Counted from the first letter of the stretch, positions 15,366 through 28,572 are shown. The stretch: DNA of 64,000 nt from Octopus vulgaris (GCA_951406725.2 OX597814.1:86180001-86244000), one strand, 5' to 3'. The notes: generated by a model from the letters alone, not told the origin. Numbers and translations: made by a program.

Positions 15366-16007
15366 CTCAAAGTCATTAAAGAAAAATTGTAATGTAGAGC
15401 TGAATTTATACGATAATAAAATTTTCTTTTTATAATTTTTCATACCTCCTGCCTAATTCTAAAAGTTCCACTCTTTTACCGATTTCGATTTTTTTTTTAA
15501 ATCAGAGTTTAAAATACTGAGAGTTCGAACTTTTTGCTTAAATCCCACCCTTGGGTGTATCATCAATCATTTAATGGTCCTTACAGGGAGAAGAATATTG
15601 AAAAATATCAAAACGTGTCAGAATGACAAAGAAACGTGGAAGGTATCGGCTGATCGTGAGATGTGCTAAACATAACAGCTAAATCGCCCTTCATTCCTTC
15701 ACACAAACCATTTTTGTGCATAATAGTATGAATTTCCGTATGTGGAACACAAATTCGCAAAAATGTTTTGAAAATTCCAAAAAATAACAAAGTTGTGAGG
15801 GTACAGTTCTATATTTAAGAGATGAGGAATTATGTACATTATTTTTACATTATTTACATTATTCACATTTGACAGATATTTGTCCTCATTTTGTTTGTTG
15901 TTAACACAACTTTTCGGTCGTTATACTCTCCAGCCTTCAACAGGTGCCTTGGGGAAATTTCGAACCTGGATTTTCATTCCTCAGGTATTTTTTCGATATT
16001 ATTATTA

Positions 16008-16062
<55 letters not shown>

Positions 16063-16063
<1 letters not shown>

Positions 16064-16597
16064 GAGTGAGAGAGCAGTGCATGCCATCAAAGTGACACTG
16101 GGGTAAAATATACGAAGCCCAATATACCCATCATGACTACCCGTCTGATAAGGGTACACCAGGCACATGCATCACAACCATATGTGCGCGACATGGTGAT
16201 CTCATATCAAGATAAACAGCACATGACCTTGCAGGTGGGGCCCAGTTAGAATTTTCTTCAGGTTGAGTAGCCCATCCCGCTCAAAAGGTCCCTGAATAAG
16301 GGTTGTTTAAGGATGTTGAAAGAACCACCCATGTTTCCAGAGGTGAATTATTCAAACCCCAAAGAATCCCTCTCAACACATGGCTATGATGCTCCCCCAC
16401 TACTTCTGCTTGTGATCAGAGATGCACATATCGTCAGCCACTAAGGGACATGCTCAACTGGTTAAGGTCAAACAACTGACAAGCAAATCTGTGGTATTGA
16501 GCAGAATATTTGCTGTAGCCCATCTTTTATACCAAGACAAAACAATGTACATGATAACACTTCCAATCAGTTAAGAACAGAAGCCATGAGAGCCACT
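16063..16597. mobile_element. Non-coding insertion within an (ATT)n tract, probably the 3' UTR of a microsatellite-targeting LINE
   Basis: About 535 bp of complex sequence with (ATT)n on both sides; it has no counterpart in the mirror arm of the fold-back element. Confidence 0.5.
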
Positions 16598-16606
16598 TTA
16601 TTATTA

Positions 16607-16669
<63 letters not shown>

Positions 16670-16797
16670 TCACTGCTTGGGATCGAACTTGGAATCTTGG
16701 GGGTTAATAACCTGCGCTCTTAAGCACTATGCCCACGGGCATATGGCGTAGTGGTTAAAACCCCAATATTCCGAGTTCAATTCCAGGCAGTGATCTC

Positions 16798-16849
<52 letters not shown>

Positions 16850-16895
16850 TCGAAAATATACCTAAGGAATGAGAACCCAGGTTCGAAATTTCCCC

Positions 16896-16943
16896 AAGTT
16901 ACCTGAAGAAGGCTGGAGTGTATATCAGCCGAAACGTTGTGTT
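16896..16943 (+). ncRNA. Minimal type-I hammerhead ribozyme motif
   Basis: ac-CTGAAGA-a-GGCTG(gagtgtatat)CAGCC-GAAAC-GTT-gtgtt; core intact, helix I imperfect. Confidence 0.7.
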
Positions 16944-17211
16944 ATCAACAAACAAGATGAGGACAAATATCTGTCAAATGTAAATAATGTAAAGTTATGA
17001 GGGGTTAGTTATATGGGGTGCTTAAACCAGAAATCCGCTGTTTATTTAAGAATTATTCATAGTTGAATTGACACTACGGCCTCTTTTCAGTTATCACTCA
17101 ACTCTAAGACCTCATTACAAGCTTACGTCTATTCTGTAACTTTACCTCTACGTAAGAAAAAGTTTTCCAATTCTTTATTCTCTGATATTTTGTTCAATTA
17201 ATCATGTTGCA

Positions 17212-17324
<113 letters not shown>

Positions 17325-17368
17325 GAGCACTTAGAGAGCGCCAAGAGATGATTTTTAAAATGAGAATA

Positions 17369-17744
17369 TCTCTCTCTATATAAACGGCAGTTTGTCTGTG
17401 CGTGTTTCTGTGTGTCTGTTTGCTTGTACCTTCACCCTGACCACGGCTTTCAACCGATTCTGATGAAACTTGACACACACATAGCCCAATGTCATAATTT
17501 AAAACTAACACAGCGAAAATTTTGAAAAGTTCCCCCAGTTCTTAAAAAAATCGATAAATTCGACATGGGGTCCAGAATCAGAAACACAAACTGTCTAGGG
17601 GACGCAACTCCACCTTTTTTAACTAAAAAAAAAATTTACCATAATTTTTTTCCATTTTTTTGCTATTTTTTGGCTATAACTCTCTAAAAATGCTTTATAG
17701 TTATTTCCCTTTCAAACCCGAGCAACGCCGGGCGATACTGCTAG
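17369..17744 (+). mobile_element. Non-autonomous Helitron
   Basis: A|TC 5' end, 3' hairpin CCCGAGCAACGCCGGG followed by CTAG|T; nested in a Helentron/HINE-like element (17320-17890, terminal hairpin ACCTCCGCCTTCGCTAAGGTGGAG). Confidence 0.75.
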
Positions 17745-17898
17745 TCTGAAATAAACTCGACTGCTCTCACAAACGAGAATACTAAAAATGAACCCGACCG
17801 CTCTCAAAAATTTAATTAACAAAAAAAAAAAAATGGAAACAAACAAACACGACTGAAAACAATACCTCCGCCTTCGCTAAGGTGGAGATAATAATAAT

Positions 17899-17963
<65 letters not shown>

Positions 17964-17966
<3 letters not shown>

Positions 17967-18787
17967 GCAAAAGAAATAGACAAAGAAAAATCCCAGCAAT
18001 GGTTGAGAAGCTCAGGACTCAAAGCAGAAACAGAGGGATTTTTAACTGCAGCACAAGACCAAAGCCTCCCCACCAGAAATTACCAAAAACATGTAATGAA
18101 AAGAAATATTACAAGTAACTGCAGAATATGTGGAGATGGACAAGAAACAATAAATCATATTATCTCTAGCTGCCCAGTCCTGGCTAAGAAGGAATATATT
18201 CACAGACACGACAGAGTTGGAACCTACATACATTGGAAGCTATGCCAACATTATGAAATAACAACAGAAAAAAGATGGTATAGGCACACACCAGAAAAGG
18301 TCACAGAAAACGAGAAAGCAACCATACTCTGGGATATGCCGATACACACAGATAGAGAAATTAAGGCCAACAGACCAGATATAGTTGTCAGAGATCATGA
18401 AGAAAAAAATGCTTTCTAATTGATGTATCAATACCGGCAGATGACAACGTGTCTCTAAAAGAAATGGAGAAACTCTCAAAATACAAAGACCTGGAAATAG
18501 AGGTAACTAGAATGTGGAACCTGAAAACAGAAACAATTCCTATCATAGTAGGTGCATTAGGCATGATAAAAAAATATTCAGACAAATACATAACAAAAAC
18601 ACTAGGACTTACAAACACATATAACATACAGAAAATTGCACTACTAGGCACTGCACACATCCTACGCAGAACACTTTCCATACAATAACCATCAGAGCAT
18701 CACAACAAATCACAGCACATACCCAAGGCACACAGAGCTGCGCTCGGTAGTGAAGTGAAAGCACGCTATAAAAATAAAACTACGGAA
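17964..18787 (+). mobile_element. 5'-truncated R4/Dong-type non-LTR retrotransposon (CCHC knuckle + restriction-like endonuclease)
   Basis: AAQDQSLPTRNY, CRICGDGQETINHIISSC, RHD, NRPDIVV, LIDVSIP, EKLSKYKDL, IPIIVGALG; single frameshift in the A-run near 18405; flanked by (AAT)n on both sides. Confidence 0.92.
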
Positions 18788-18833
18788 TAATAATAATAAT
18801 AATAATTATGATAACGATAACGATGACGATGAC

Positions 18834-18866
<33 letters not shown>

Positions 18867-18927
18867 AATGATGATGATGATGGTGGTGGTGGTGGTGGTG
18901 GTGGTGGTGATAATGATGATGATGATG

Positions 18928-19115
18928 ATCCTTTCTACTATAGGCATAAGGCCTGAAATTTGGGGGAAGGGGCCAGTCGATTAGATCGACCCCAGTACAC
19001 ATCTGGTACTTAATTTATCGACCCCAAAAGGATGAAAGGCAAAGTTGACTTCAGCAGCATTTGAACGCAGAACGTAAAGGCGGACAAATTGCCGCTATGC
19101 ATTTAGCCCGGCGCG
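18928..19115 (-). mobile_element. SINE family B (Nin-domain-like)
   Basis: Contains GGTACTTAATTTATCGACCCCAAAAGGATGAAAGGCAAAGT, shared with 24667-24900. Confidence 0.7.
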
Positions 19116-19246
19116 GTGACCTTAAATGGTAAACCTACCTTCTCGAGTCATGTCGGTTTCTATGGCGTATAAATTCCCCACGTGGATAGGACGCTGGTCT
19201 GTCACAGGATTACTCATTTTTGTCAGGTGAGTGGACTGGAGCAACG

Positions 19247-19550
19247 AGTGGAGGCACATGGCCTAGTGATTAGAGCAGCGGACTCACGATCGTGGAATCG
19301 CAGGTTCGAATCTCAGACCGGGCGATGTGTGTGTTTATGAGTGAAACACCTAAGCTCCACGCGGCTCCGGCAGAAGGTAATGGCGAACTTCTGCTGACTC
19401 TTTCGCCACAACTTTCTCTCACACTTTCCTCCTGCATCTTGCAGGTCACCTGCGACGGACCGGCGTCCCGTCCAGGTGGGGAACCTATACGCCAAGGAAA
19501 CCGGGAAACCGGCCCTTATGAGCCAGGCATGGCTCGAGAAGGAACAAACA
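19247..19550 (+). mobile_element. tRNA-derived SINE family C, full length, nested in an older SINE
   Basis: A box TGGCCTAGTGA, B box GGTTCGAATCT; TSD actggagcaacg at 19235-19246 and 19551-19562; near-identical to 48209-48515. Confidence 0.88.
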
Positions 19551-19853
19551 ACTGGAGCAACGTGAAATGAGGTCTTTTACTCGAGAACACAACTCATCGT
19601 CCGGTTCAGGAATCGAAATCACAATCTTACAATCTGTTATATTGCAAATATACAGCTGTATTTAAGAGATGTCTAAACCATATAATCTCATTTCAAGTTT
19701 GAATTTATTTTATGGCCTCACTTAAGTCGTGGCTCATTACAAGTTTACGACTGTTGTAACTTTCTCTCTTATGAAAACTGTAATCCCAATGTCATCTCTA
19801 CTGGTGTTTTGTTCTTGCTATTCTTTCTATCCTTCTGTCTCCTGGTTACTCAG

Positions 19854-20043
19854 TTGGTCAAGGGCAGCAGTTCAGTACCTACCCACATCTAGCAACCCAC
19901 GATCACAAGCGAATGATCAGCGGACCGGGTGGCGGTCAGGTGGAGACCAGTGACAAAACAATAAAGATTGTTTTAGAAAACAGAGACTTATGGCAGAAGT
20001 TTCACACTCTGGGTACAGAAATGATTATAACCAAGACTGGACG
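19854..20043 (+). CDS. Tbx6: T-box transcription factor (Tbx6/Tbx16-like), exon with start of T-domain
   Basis: Pyrimidine tract + cag acceptor; translates GQGQQFSTYPHLATHDHKRMISGPGGGQVETSDKTIKIVLENRDLWQKFHTLGTEMIITKTGR, CG|gtaagt donor at the conserved T-box intron position. The symbol is a class-level call. Confidence 0.93.
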
Positions 20044-20203
20044 GTAAGTATTACCTTCTGAATATTATTGTTTATTTTAATTATTAGTAGGCCTCCTTAC
20101 TGAATATCTGCTTCATTTCATTGGTTAAAAAAAAAAAACACGTTGTAAACCTCATCATATTTCTAAGCAGCAACGTCTATATGTTTCTTAATAGATCTTT
20201 AAA

Positions 20204-20432
20204 CCCTTCAGCATTCACATTATTCTATCAAAAGTAACACTTATTTATTAACATTGTTTTGACTTAATCATGCATTATTTTGTTGCTTTGAAATTTTGAT
20301 GATGCAACAATTTTTTTTTTTTTTTTTTAGAATGACATTGTAGGTTAGGTGTGAGAAATCACGTCTGGCCTGTTTGAACATAGAACAGGTAGAATATTTT
20401 TACCGGATATGGCTGGTTTAAATGCTAAAGGG
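20204..20432. mobile_element. piggyBac-type MITE
   Basis: TIRs CCCTTCAGCATT / AATGCTAAAGGG followed by TTAA. Confidence 0.7.
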
Positions 20433-20860
20433 TTAAACAAATATCTGTCATCCTAACTTGTGATCTAATACGCATGTAAGGATATCAGATAACATTGATA
20501 TAATGTGTGTTGCCTTATAAGGATTAAGAAACTTCGAGGGAACGGAAATAATTATTTTTGGGAACGGTGAAACATAAAGCAGATGAAGCTGTTAATAAAA
20601 GCGTGGATAAAAAAAAATACAGTTGGCAACCTTCGACTTTTTCCAAAAGTATTTTTTAACCCAATATCTACACGCTATTATTTATAGCTTTATCTACTTC
20701 GACCTCACCATTCCAAAAACAAGATATTTCTATAGACAACGTGCGCGCTTTCAGTTTCCGTCTACCAGCTCCTCTCACAAGGGTTTGGCTGGTCCAAGGT
20801 GCGTCGCAGTGGGACTGTAACCGGAACTTCTTAAAATAGTCATGCCTGCACCTCCACACA

Positions 20861-20910
<50 letters not shown>

Positions 20911-20913
<3 letters not shown>

Positions 20914-21613
20914 TTTTATTCTTTTTACATGTTTCAGTCATTAGACTGCAGTCATGCTGAGACACCGCTTTGAAAACTTGTAGTCTAAGAAATTGACCCC
21001 AGTTCTATATTTAAGAGATGAGGAATTATGTACATTATTTACATCCCGTTTAACCACTATGCCATATACCTGTGGGCATATGGCGTAGTGGTTAAGAGCG
21101 CGGGCTACTAACCCCAAGATTCCGAGTTCGAATAATAATAATAATAACACCGAAAAATACCTTAGGAATGAGAAACCAGGTTCGAAATTTCCCCAAGACA
21201 CCTGAAGAAGGCTGGAAGTTATATCAGCTGAAACGTGTTAACAACAAACAAGATGAGGATAAATATCCATCAAATGTAAATACTGTAAATAATGTAAATA
21301 AAATTGACCCCAGTTCTTTTTTTTAATTTTTTAAAGCCTGGTACTACTCTATCGGTCTCTTTTATTTGCCGAACTGCTAAGTTACGGGGGTGTAAACACA
21401 TCAACACCGGTTGTCAAGTGGTGGTGGGACACACAAACACACACACATATGCGACGAGCATTTTTCAGTTTCTATCTACCAAATCCACTCACAAGGCTTT
21501 GGTCAGCCCGAGGCTATAGTAGAAGGTACTTCATAAGGTGCCACGCGGTGGGACTGAACCCGGTACCATGTGGTTGGGAAGCAAGCTTCTTACCACACAG
21601 CCACGCCTGCGCC
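20911..21613 (-). mobile_element. SINE family A copy interrupted by the tRNA/hammerhead element
   Basis: SINE A tail 20911-21000, body and head 21301-21613. Confidence 0.75.
21001..21300. mobile_element. Second, internally deleted copy of the fold-back tRNA/hammerhead element
   Basis: Same left end (agttctatatttaagagatgagg), same central hairpin, tRNA head, (AAT)n and CTGAAGA...GAAAC module; TSD aaattgaccccagttct at 20990-21006 and 21301-21317. Confidence 0.8.
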
Positions 21614-21685
21614 TCTGTGTGTGTGTGTGTGTGTGTGTGTGTAACAAATACTTACAGATACCCGCCCAAACAGATAGATAGATAT

Positions 21686-21766
<81 letters not shown>

Positions 21767-21803
21767 TAGACAGACAGACAGATAGACAGACAGACAGACA
21801 GAC

Positions 21804-21947
<144 letters not shown>

Positions 21948-22167
21948 GTTTGTATATAAAATCGAAGGGGAATACTCTGGCGATCTTTGTGTTAAACGTG
22001 CTACTTTCACTTTGCCCTGACTTCAGTTAGTATCGATTCATTTGACGGCCGCAAGAGAATTTCATTTTGCTTTATATTTGCTTTTTGTTTTGTTTTTTTA
22101 TACTTTTTGCGCTGCGGCCAACTTGTTTGTCATAGGGAATATTTTTAATGTGATTAAGCATTATTAT

Positions 22168-22287
<120 letters not shown>

Positions 22288-23150
22288 TGTGTGTTGTTCT
22301 AGTTAATTATTCTTGTATTTGGACTCATGGAATATATATTAATTGAAAAATTTTGTATTGTTTTTCCCTTGTGAATTCAACCTCTTATATGCAGTCGCTC
22401 TACCCGCTAGAAATAGCAGTTAAATCCCCTTATAATAATAATTACACCCACCATCGGAGAAGAAGAAGAAGAAGAAGAAGAAGAAGAAGAAGAAGAAGAA
22501 GAAGAAGAAGGGGGAGGAGGAGGGGGAGAAGAAGAAGAGGAGGAGGAGGGGATGAGAAAGGAGAAGAGGGGAGAAAGAAGGAGGGAGGAAGAAGAGGAGG
22601 AGACAACGAAGATGACACCAACGCTAACACAAAAGGGATACTCAATAACAAAACCACTTTAAAATAATTCCAGATTGCACCCAGTAAATATCCACCTATG
22701 ACAAACAAACTGGCCGTAGCATTGTGCCCAATAAAAGAAGGAGGTTCTTCCGATGCCGCAAAGCAAGCAGATTATTCGCTAAAGTTTGACTAAGTGGACG
22801 TGGCACGCTAAACTCTAAGATAGCCTAATGATTCATTCGAATCTAAACTTTCTGTTCGATACCAACCTCGGGTGCATTGAACGACGTTGTAAGAGGTGGT
22901 GGGAGAGCTCTAGTTGTGGGCCTGGCTTTTCATTAACAAATCCCCACTTAGTAGCTAATGGTCGCCAAGCAGCCGCATCCAACCAATGACAAGAGAGTCG
23001 GGAGAAAAGATTGAAATTTGAGTGGAACAATGAAACAAGCTAAAGAGAAAGTAGTCACTGAGTGGTCGCGCAACATGCTAGAAATAGTAGAGCTTTCTCG
23101 CTCAAATTTCATGCCCAGCAGTCTTAATAAAGAAAACGTAACGTTTTGAC

Positions 23151-23818
23151 CAGCGCTGCACAACCGGCGGCCCGCAAAACCATTCTACGAATATTTTCTT
23201 AGTTTAATGAATAACTGAAAATTAATATAGCGAACTGCTTGTACCACAATCACACACTGAAAACACACATACTCTTTTACTTGGTTTTACTCTTTTACTC
23301 TTTTACATTCTAGAGCACCGCCTTTAGTCGATCAAATCGACCCCAGAGCTTATTCTTTGTAAGCCTAGTACTTATTCTTTCGGTCTCTTTTGCCGTAAAC
23401 ACGCCAGCATCGGTTGTCAAGCGATGTTGAGGGGACAAACACAGACACACAAATATATTCACACATATACATATATATATATATACATATACGACGGGCT
23501 TCTTCCAGTTTCCGTCAACCAAATCCACTCACAAGGCTTAGGTCGGCCCGAGTTTATAGAAGAAGACACTTACCCAAGGTACCACACAGTGGACTGAACC
23601 CGGGGCCATGTGGCTAGAGAGCAAGCTACTTACCACACAGACACTCCTGCGCCTAATAGTATTTATTAATCAACTTTTATTATTATTATATTTCTTTTCT
23701 ATACTATTGTTTTTGTATGTTTCCTCATCATCCAAATTATCTCATATACTTTGCGGTCCGCCTTGAGTGATTGGATTCACGATTTGGCCCTCTGGGCGAA
23801 AAAGATTGCGCATCCCTA
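23151..23818. mobile_element. hAT (Charlie-like) MITE carrying a nested SINE
   Basis: Ends CAGCGCTGCACAACC / GATTGCGCATCCCTA; 8-bp TSD gttttgac / gtttagac. Confidence 0.7.
23270..23653 (-). mobile_element. tRNA-derived SINE family A
   Basis: Reverse complement of 23933-24325, (AAAAGAGT)n tail. Confidence 0.85.
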
Positions 23819-23932
23819 GTTTAGACAATGAACTCCGTTAATATACAAAATAGCGGCGCTAAACAACAACGTTATCAATAAAGTAAGCGGATTAGCGAAT
23901 TAGCGATAAAAAAAAAAAGAAAGAGAAAGTAT

Positions 23933-24119
23933 GGCGCAGGAGTGGCTGTGTGGTAAGTAGCTTGCTTATCAACCACATGGTTCCAGGTTCAGTCCCACAG
24001 CGTGGCACCTTGGGCAAGTGTCTTCTACTATTGCCTCGGGCCGACCAAAGTCTCGTGAGTGGATTTGGTAGATGGAAACTGAAAGAAGCCCGTCGTATGT
24101 ATGTATGTATGTATGTATG

Positions 24120-24173
<54 letters not shown>

Positions 24174-24325
24174 TCTCCCCACCCCCACAACATCGCTTGA
24201 CAACCGATGCTGGTGTGTTTACGTTCCCGTAACTTAGTGGTTCGGCAAGGGGTCGATTTGCTCGACTAAAGGTGGTGCTCCAGCATGGCCGCTGAAACAA
24301 GTAAAAGAGTAAAAGAGTAAAGAGT
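23933..24325 (+). mobile_element. tRNA-derived SINE family A, full length
   Basis: GGCGCAGGAGTGGCTGTGTGG A-box head, GGTTCAGTCCC B box, internal microsatellite, GTAAAAGA-repeat tail; more than 12 related copies in the window. Confidence 0.88.
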
Positions 24326-24666
24326 ATGCTAAGGCTTTTTCTCTTCCTTCTGACCACGCACGAGCTCGCGCGCACATACGTGCGGCTTTTGTATGTTTTG
24401 TGAGACAATAGATAACTCCCGTTCCAAGCAACAGGACTGGGCGACGTTCTCTTTAAGGAAGATCAATACTCTGCACAAACATACAAGTCTTCTTTCTCAT
24501 TGGTTCCTTTGTTATCCAAGGAAACAATAAAAAAAACCTTGCTTTCTCTTGGACAGCAACGGTGGCCAGCCAGGCACTAGCATGTGTGTGGTTCTCCGTG
24601 TGTTTGTAGCTCAAATAGACTCCAACACTGTTTTTCATCTTTTATTAATTCTGGTACTTATTTGAT

Positions 24667-24900
24667 CTATTTCTTTACTACCCACAAAGAGTCTAAACAC
24701 AGAGGGGACAAACAAGGACAGACAAACGGATTAAGTCGATTATATCGACCCCAGTGCGTAACTGGTACTTATTTAATCGAAGCCCGAAAGGATGAAAGGC
24801 AAAGTCGACCTCGGCGGAATTTGAACTCAGAACGTAACGGCAGACGAAATACAGCTACGCATTTCGCCCGGCGTGCTAACGTTTCTGCCAGCTCGCCGCC
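24667..24900 (-). mobile_element. SINE family B (Nin-domain-like), full length
   Basis: Head GGCGGCGAGCTGGCAGAAAC, B box GAGTTCAAATTCC, core GCCTTTCATCCTTTCGGG; imperfect TSD ctggtacttatttgatc / ctagtacttattttatc. Confidence 0.85.
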
Positions 24901-25299
24901 TAGTACTTATTTTATCGCCTCTTTGAACCGATCAACTAGGTTAGGTAGTCGTAAACAAACTGACAGCATTCAGCAAGCGGCGAGAGACGGACACACACGC
25001 GCGCGCTCACGCACGCATATAGACATACATCCGTACACACACACACAGGCAATATTGACTTTTAAATGGTTTCCATCTACCGAATCCCTTCACAAGGTAG
25101 TGGTTGGCCCGGGGCTATTGTTGTCCAAGGTGTTGCTGCGCAATGGGACTGAACCCCGAAACCACATCACTGCAAAGAAAACTACTAAAACGACACAACC
25201 ATGCCTGCGTCAATGTATGTGTTGTATGTGCGTATGTGTGTGCACATGTATGTGTAAGTATGTGTGCGCACACACACATATATATATATATGTGTGCGA

Positions 25300-25396
<97 letters not shown>

Positions 25397-25397
25397 C

Positions 25398-25466
<69 letters not shown>

Positions 25467-25966
25467 AGTGTGTGTGCATACAGGTGTATGAGTATGTGTG
25501 TATACATACGAGCGTACGTATGTAATAAATGTATGTATGTATGTATTTATGTCTATCTGTCTGTATGGATGTATGTATGGAGGTGGGCGGAACAAAGAAA
25601 GGAAATTAAAATACAAAACAACACACCCACTAACCATCTCTCCTCCCACTTATCAAACCTGTTATTACGGATTCAAGTTTCTGTAATTACTTATCTAATC
25701 TCTATTTACTGTCGTGAGACTAATTGGTGTGGGTGCAAGAGTCTCTCAAAACAACGATTTGACTAAATTGCACGTGTGTATGTATGCGCGCGCTGTGTGT
25801 GTGTATATATGAGTACGTGTGTGTGTGTGTGTATGTGTGTGCATGTTTGAGTGTGTGTGTTTGTATGTGTGTGCATGTCATGTATGAGTGTGTGTGTGTG
25901 ATACATAGGAGTGGTAGCTCCTATACGTATCGCCCAATCGGTTCGTTTTTTTGTTTTCTCTCACTT

Positions 25967-26012
<46 letters not shown>

Positions 26013-26321
26013 CGTCTCTGTCTATCGATCTTTGACTGTCTCTTACCTACTTTCCCTCCCTGTCTCTCTCTCTCTTCAATCTTTCTCAATGTATACACTG
26101 ACCTATCAACCGTTAAATAAAGGGCAGGAGCTGTGAAATAAATAGGGCGTGTCTCACAAATACGGCCCCTCTCCAACGGAGCAGCGCATGCTTATTATAT
26201 ACATACATTCAGACATACATAAACACACACACATCATACGGACTGAACGAATTCAGACAGAAGTACGATAACTACACACTTTCACAAACGTACAGAAAAT
26301 AGTGCGATGGTGCACGTGTGT

Positions 26322-26369
<48 letters not shown>

Positions 26370-27209
26370 ACACACACATAAACACGCAGAATAAACATAC
26401 AAATGTACACGGTCATGGCAACCCATACATATGACAAATACCATATAGATTCATGTTATTAGCATTCTGGTTTCTGAATCCAGCGATCTGAGTTCAAGTC
26501 TTGAGAGAACCTAATACACAATGTTTTATAGGCAGAGGCATGGTTGTGCGGCTTAGAAACTCGCTTTGCAACCACGTGGTTCCAGGTTCAGTCTCACAGC
26601 GCAGCACTTTGGACAGGTGTCTTCCTCTATAGCCCCGGACTGACTAAAGCCTTGTGAATCGATTTGGTACATGAAAACTGAGCAGGAGCCCGTTGTGTAT
26701 ATATTATATGTAAATATGATACACGCACATATACAAACACACAGATACACAAACGCCAATTCACTCACTTACACACACAAACACACACACACAAAGACAT
26801 ACACACACAAATAATAAAAGTAGTACATACAGAGAAGCACCTGCACACATACACATATATATATATATATATTACACACCACATATACTATAAACATACA
26901 TACGTACATACATTACACACAAGCATTACAGATATACGCACATACATGAACACATACATGCTATTACTAGCAAACAGGCATTGGTCGGATATACGACGCA
27001 TGTATTATACACATAAACACACACATTACACACATACATTGCACGCATATACACATACACAGCACACATGTACGTATACACTATACACATACACACATAC
27101 ATTACACACATACATTCACCCATAAACACATACACAGCCAGAGATTCATTGTCTTTGGTTAAAACTCTGCTGTATCAAGTCTAACCAAGGGTTAAACATG
27201 AACCATACA

Positions 27210-27246
<37 letters not shown>

Positions 27247-27593
27247 TGATGCACACACTCACACACACACACCGGTTTGGAACTACACTTACAATATTTT
27301 GCCACGACGCAAAGAGTCGATCTTCGTCGAACAGAACCGCAGATCAAAAGACTTTCTACCCTTGTCTTTTTACATCTTCCAATGTCTCCATGGCCTAGTG
27401 GTTAAGGTGTTGGGTTCCCTATCAGAAGGTCGTAGTTTCGATTACTAGACTGACAGTGTGTTGTGTCTTTGAAGAAAGGTCGTCGTTTCCGTCTACTTAG
27501 CTGATATATGATATCCATACCTACGACTACACAGTGCAGTACGTTCTTTTATCCCTCTTTATAATATATACATTACGCAGTATGTCTCTAAAT

Positions 27594-27812
27594 TGGTTTC
27601 AAATTTGGTACAAGACCAGCAATTTCGGAGGAGGGGCTAAGTCGATTAAATTGACCTCGGTGGTCAACTGGCGCTTATTTTATCGACTCCGAAAAGATGA
27701 AAAGCAAAATCAACCTCGGTGAAATTTGAACCCAGAGCGTAAAGTCAGACGAAATACCGCTAAACATTTAAACATTTTGCCCGGCGTGCTAACGGTTCTG
27801 CCAGCTCGCCGC
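27594..27812 (-). mobile_element. SINE family B
   Basis: Homologous to 24667-24900. Confidence 0.75.
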
Positions 27813-27926
27813 TTTGAATAATGCCCCTATATTGCCTATACTTTAATTTCTGCTGTTTTTAATTTAATTTTATCTTATTTTAAACAAAATTAAGTGTGTG
27901 TTTGTGTGTGTGCGTTTGTAATTATG

Positions 27927-27971
<45 letters not shown>

Positions 27972-28017
27972 CAGAAGTGAAATACTTTTCATGTCCCCTT
28001 TCTTTATCCTTTTTCAG

Positions 28018-28285
28018 GCGGATGTTCCCAACGCTTAAGGTCAGTCTAGAGGGACTTGATCCTCACACCAAATACATATTGCTTATTGATGTTCTCCCCG
28101 TCGATGACTGTCGCTACAAATATCACAATTCCGAATGGGTGGTCACAGGCAAAGCTGAACCCCACATGCCAGGACGTCTGTACGTCCACCCGGATTCCCC
28201 AGCATCAGGCTCTCACTGGATGAAGCAACCAGTCTCATTCCACAAACTCAAACTCACTAACAACAATTTGGATCAAAACGGACAT
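28018..28285 (+). CDS. Tbx6: T-box transcription factor, T-domain exon
   Basis: ttttcag|G acceptor; [89 protein letters not shown]|gtgagt. Confidence 0.97.
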
Positions 28286-28523
28286 GTGAGTAGAAGTCTT
28301 CATATCATTGATTGTTCGTCTGACTATTAGATGATTGTTATGATTATATCATGATTTGATCTTGCATTCTATCTATCTCTTCCTGTTCCTTCAATTTTCT
28401 CTTTTCGCTTACTGTCTTTCTGTCGCTTTCTCCCATTTTTCTTCTCTCCTTTTTGCTCTATTTATTCAAGCACACACAGATGCCTTCCATATACATACTA
28501 AATATATATATATATATATATAT

Positions 28524-28572
<49 letters not shown>

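Larger units (their letters stand above)
15802..16990. mobile_element. Fold-back tRNA-head/hammerhead retroelement (SINE-like, Penelope-type tail)
   Basis: Left arm (15804-15997 and 16664-16733) is the reverse complement of the right arm (16738-16990); TSD aaagttgtgaggg 15789-15801 / aaagttatgaggg 16991-17003. Confidence 0.8.

Noticed and set aside
21074-21135. Possible tRNA gene
   Set aside because: Has A/B boxes but is truncated after the T-loop and lacks an acceptor stem; it is the head of a repeat
24584-25766. Longest ORFs in the track (313 aa and 220 aa)
   Set aside because: Read-through of SINE B, a SINE A fragment and (TG)n/(TA)n tracts; no protein-like composition
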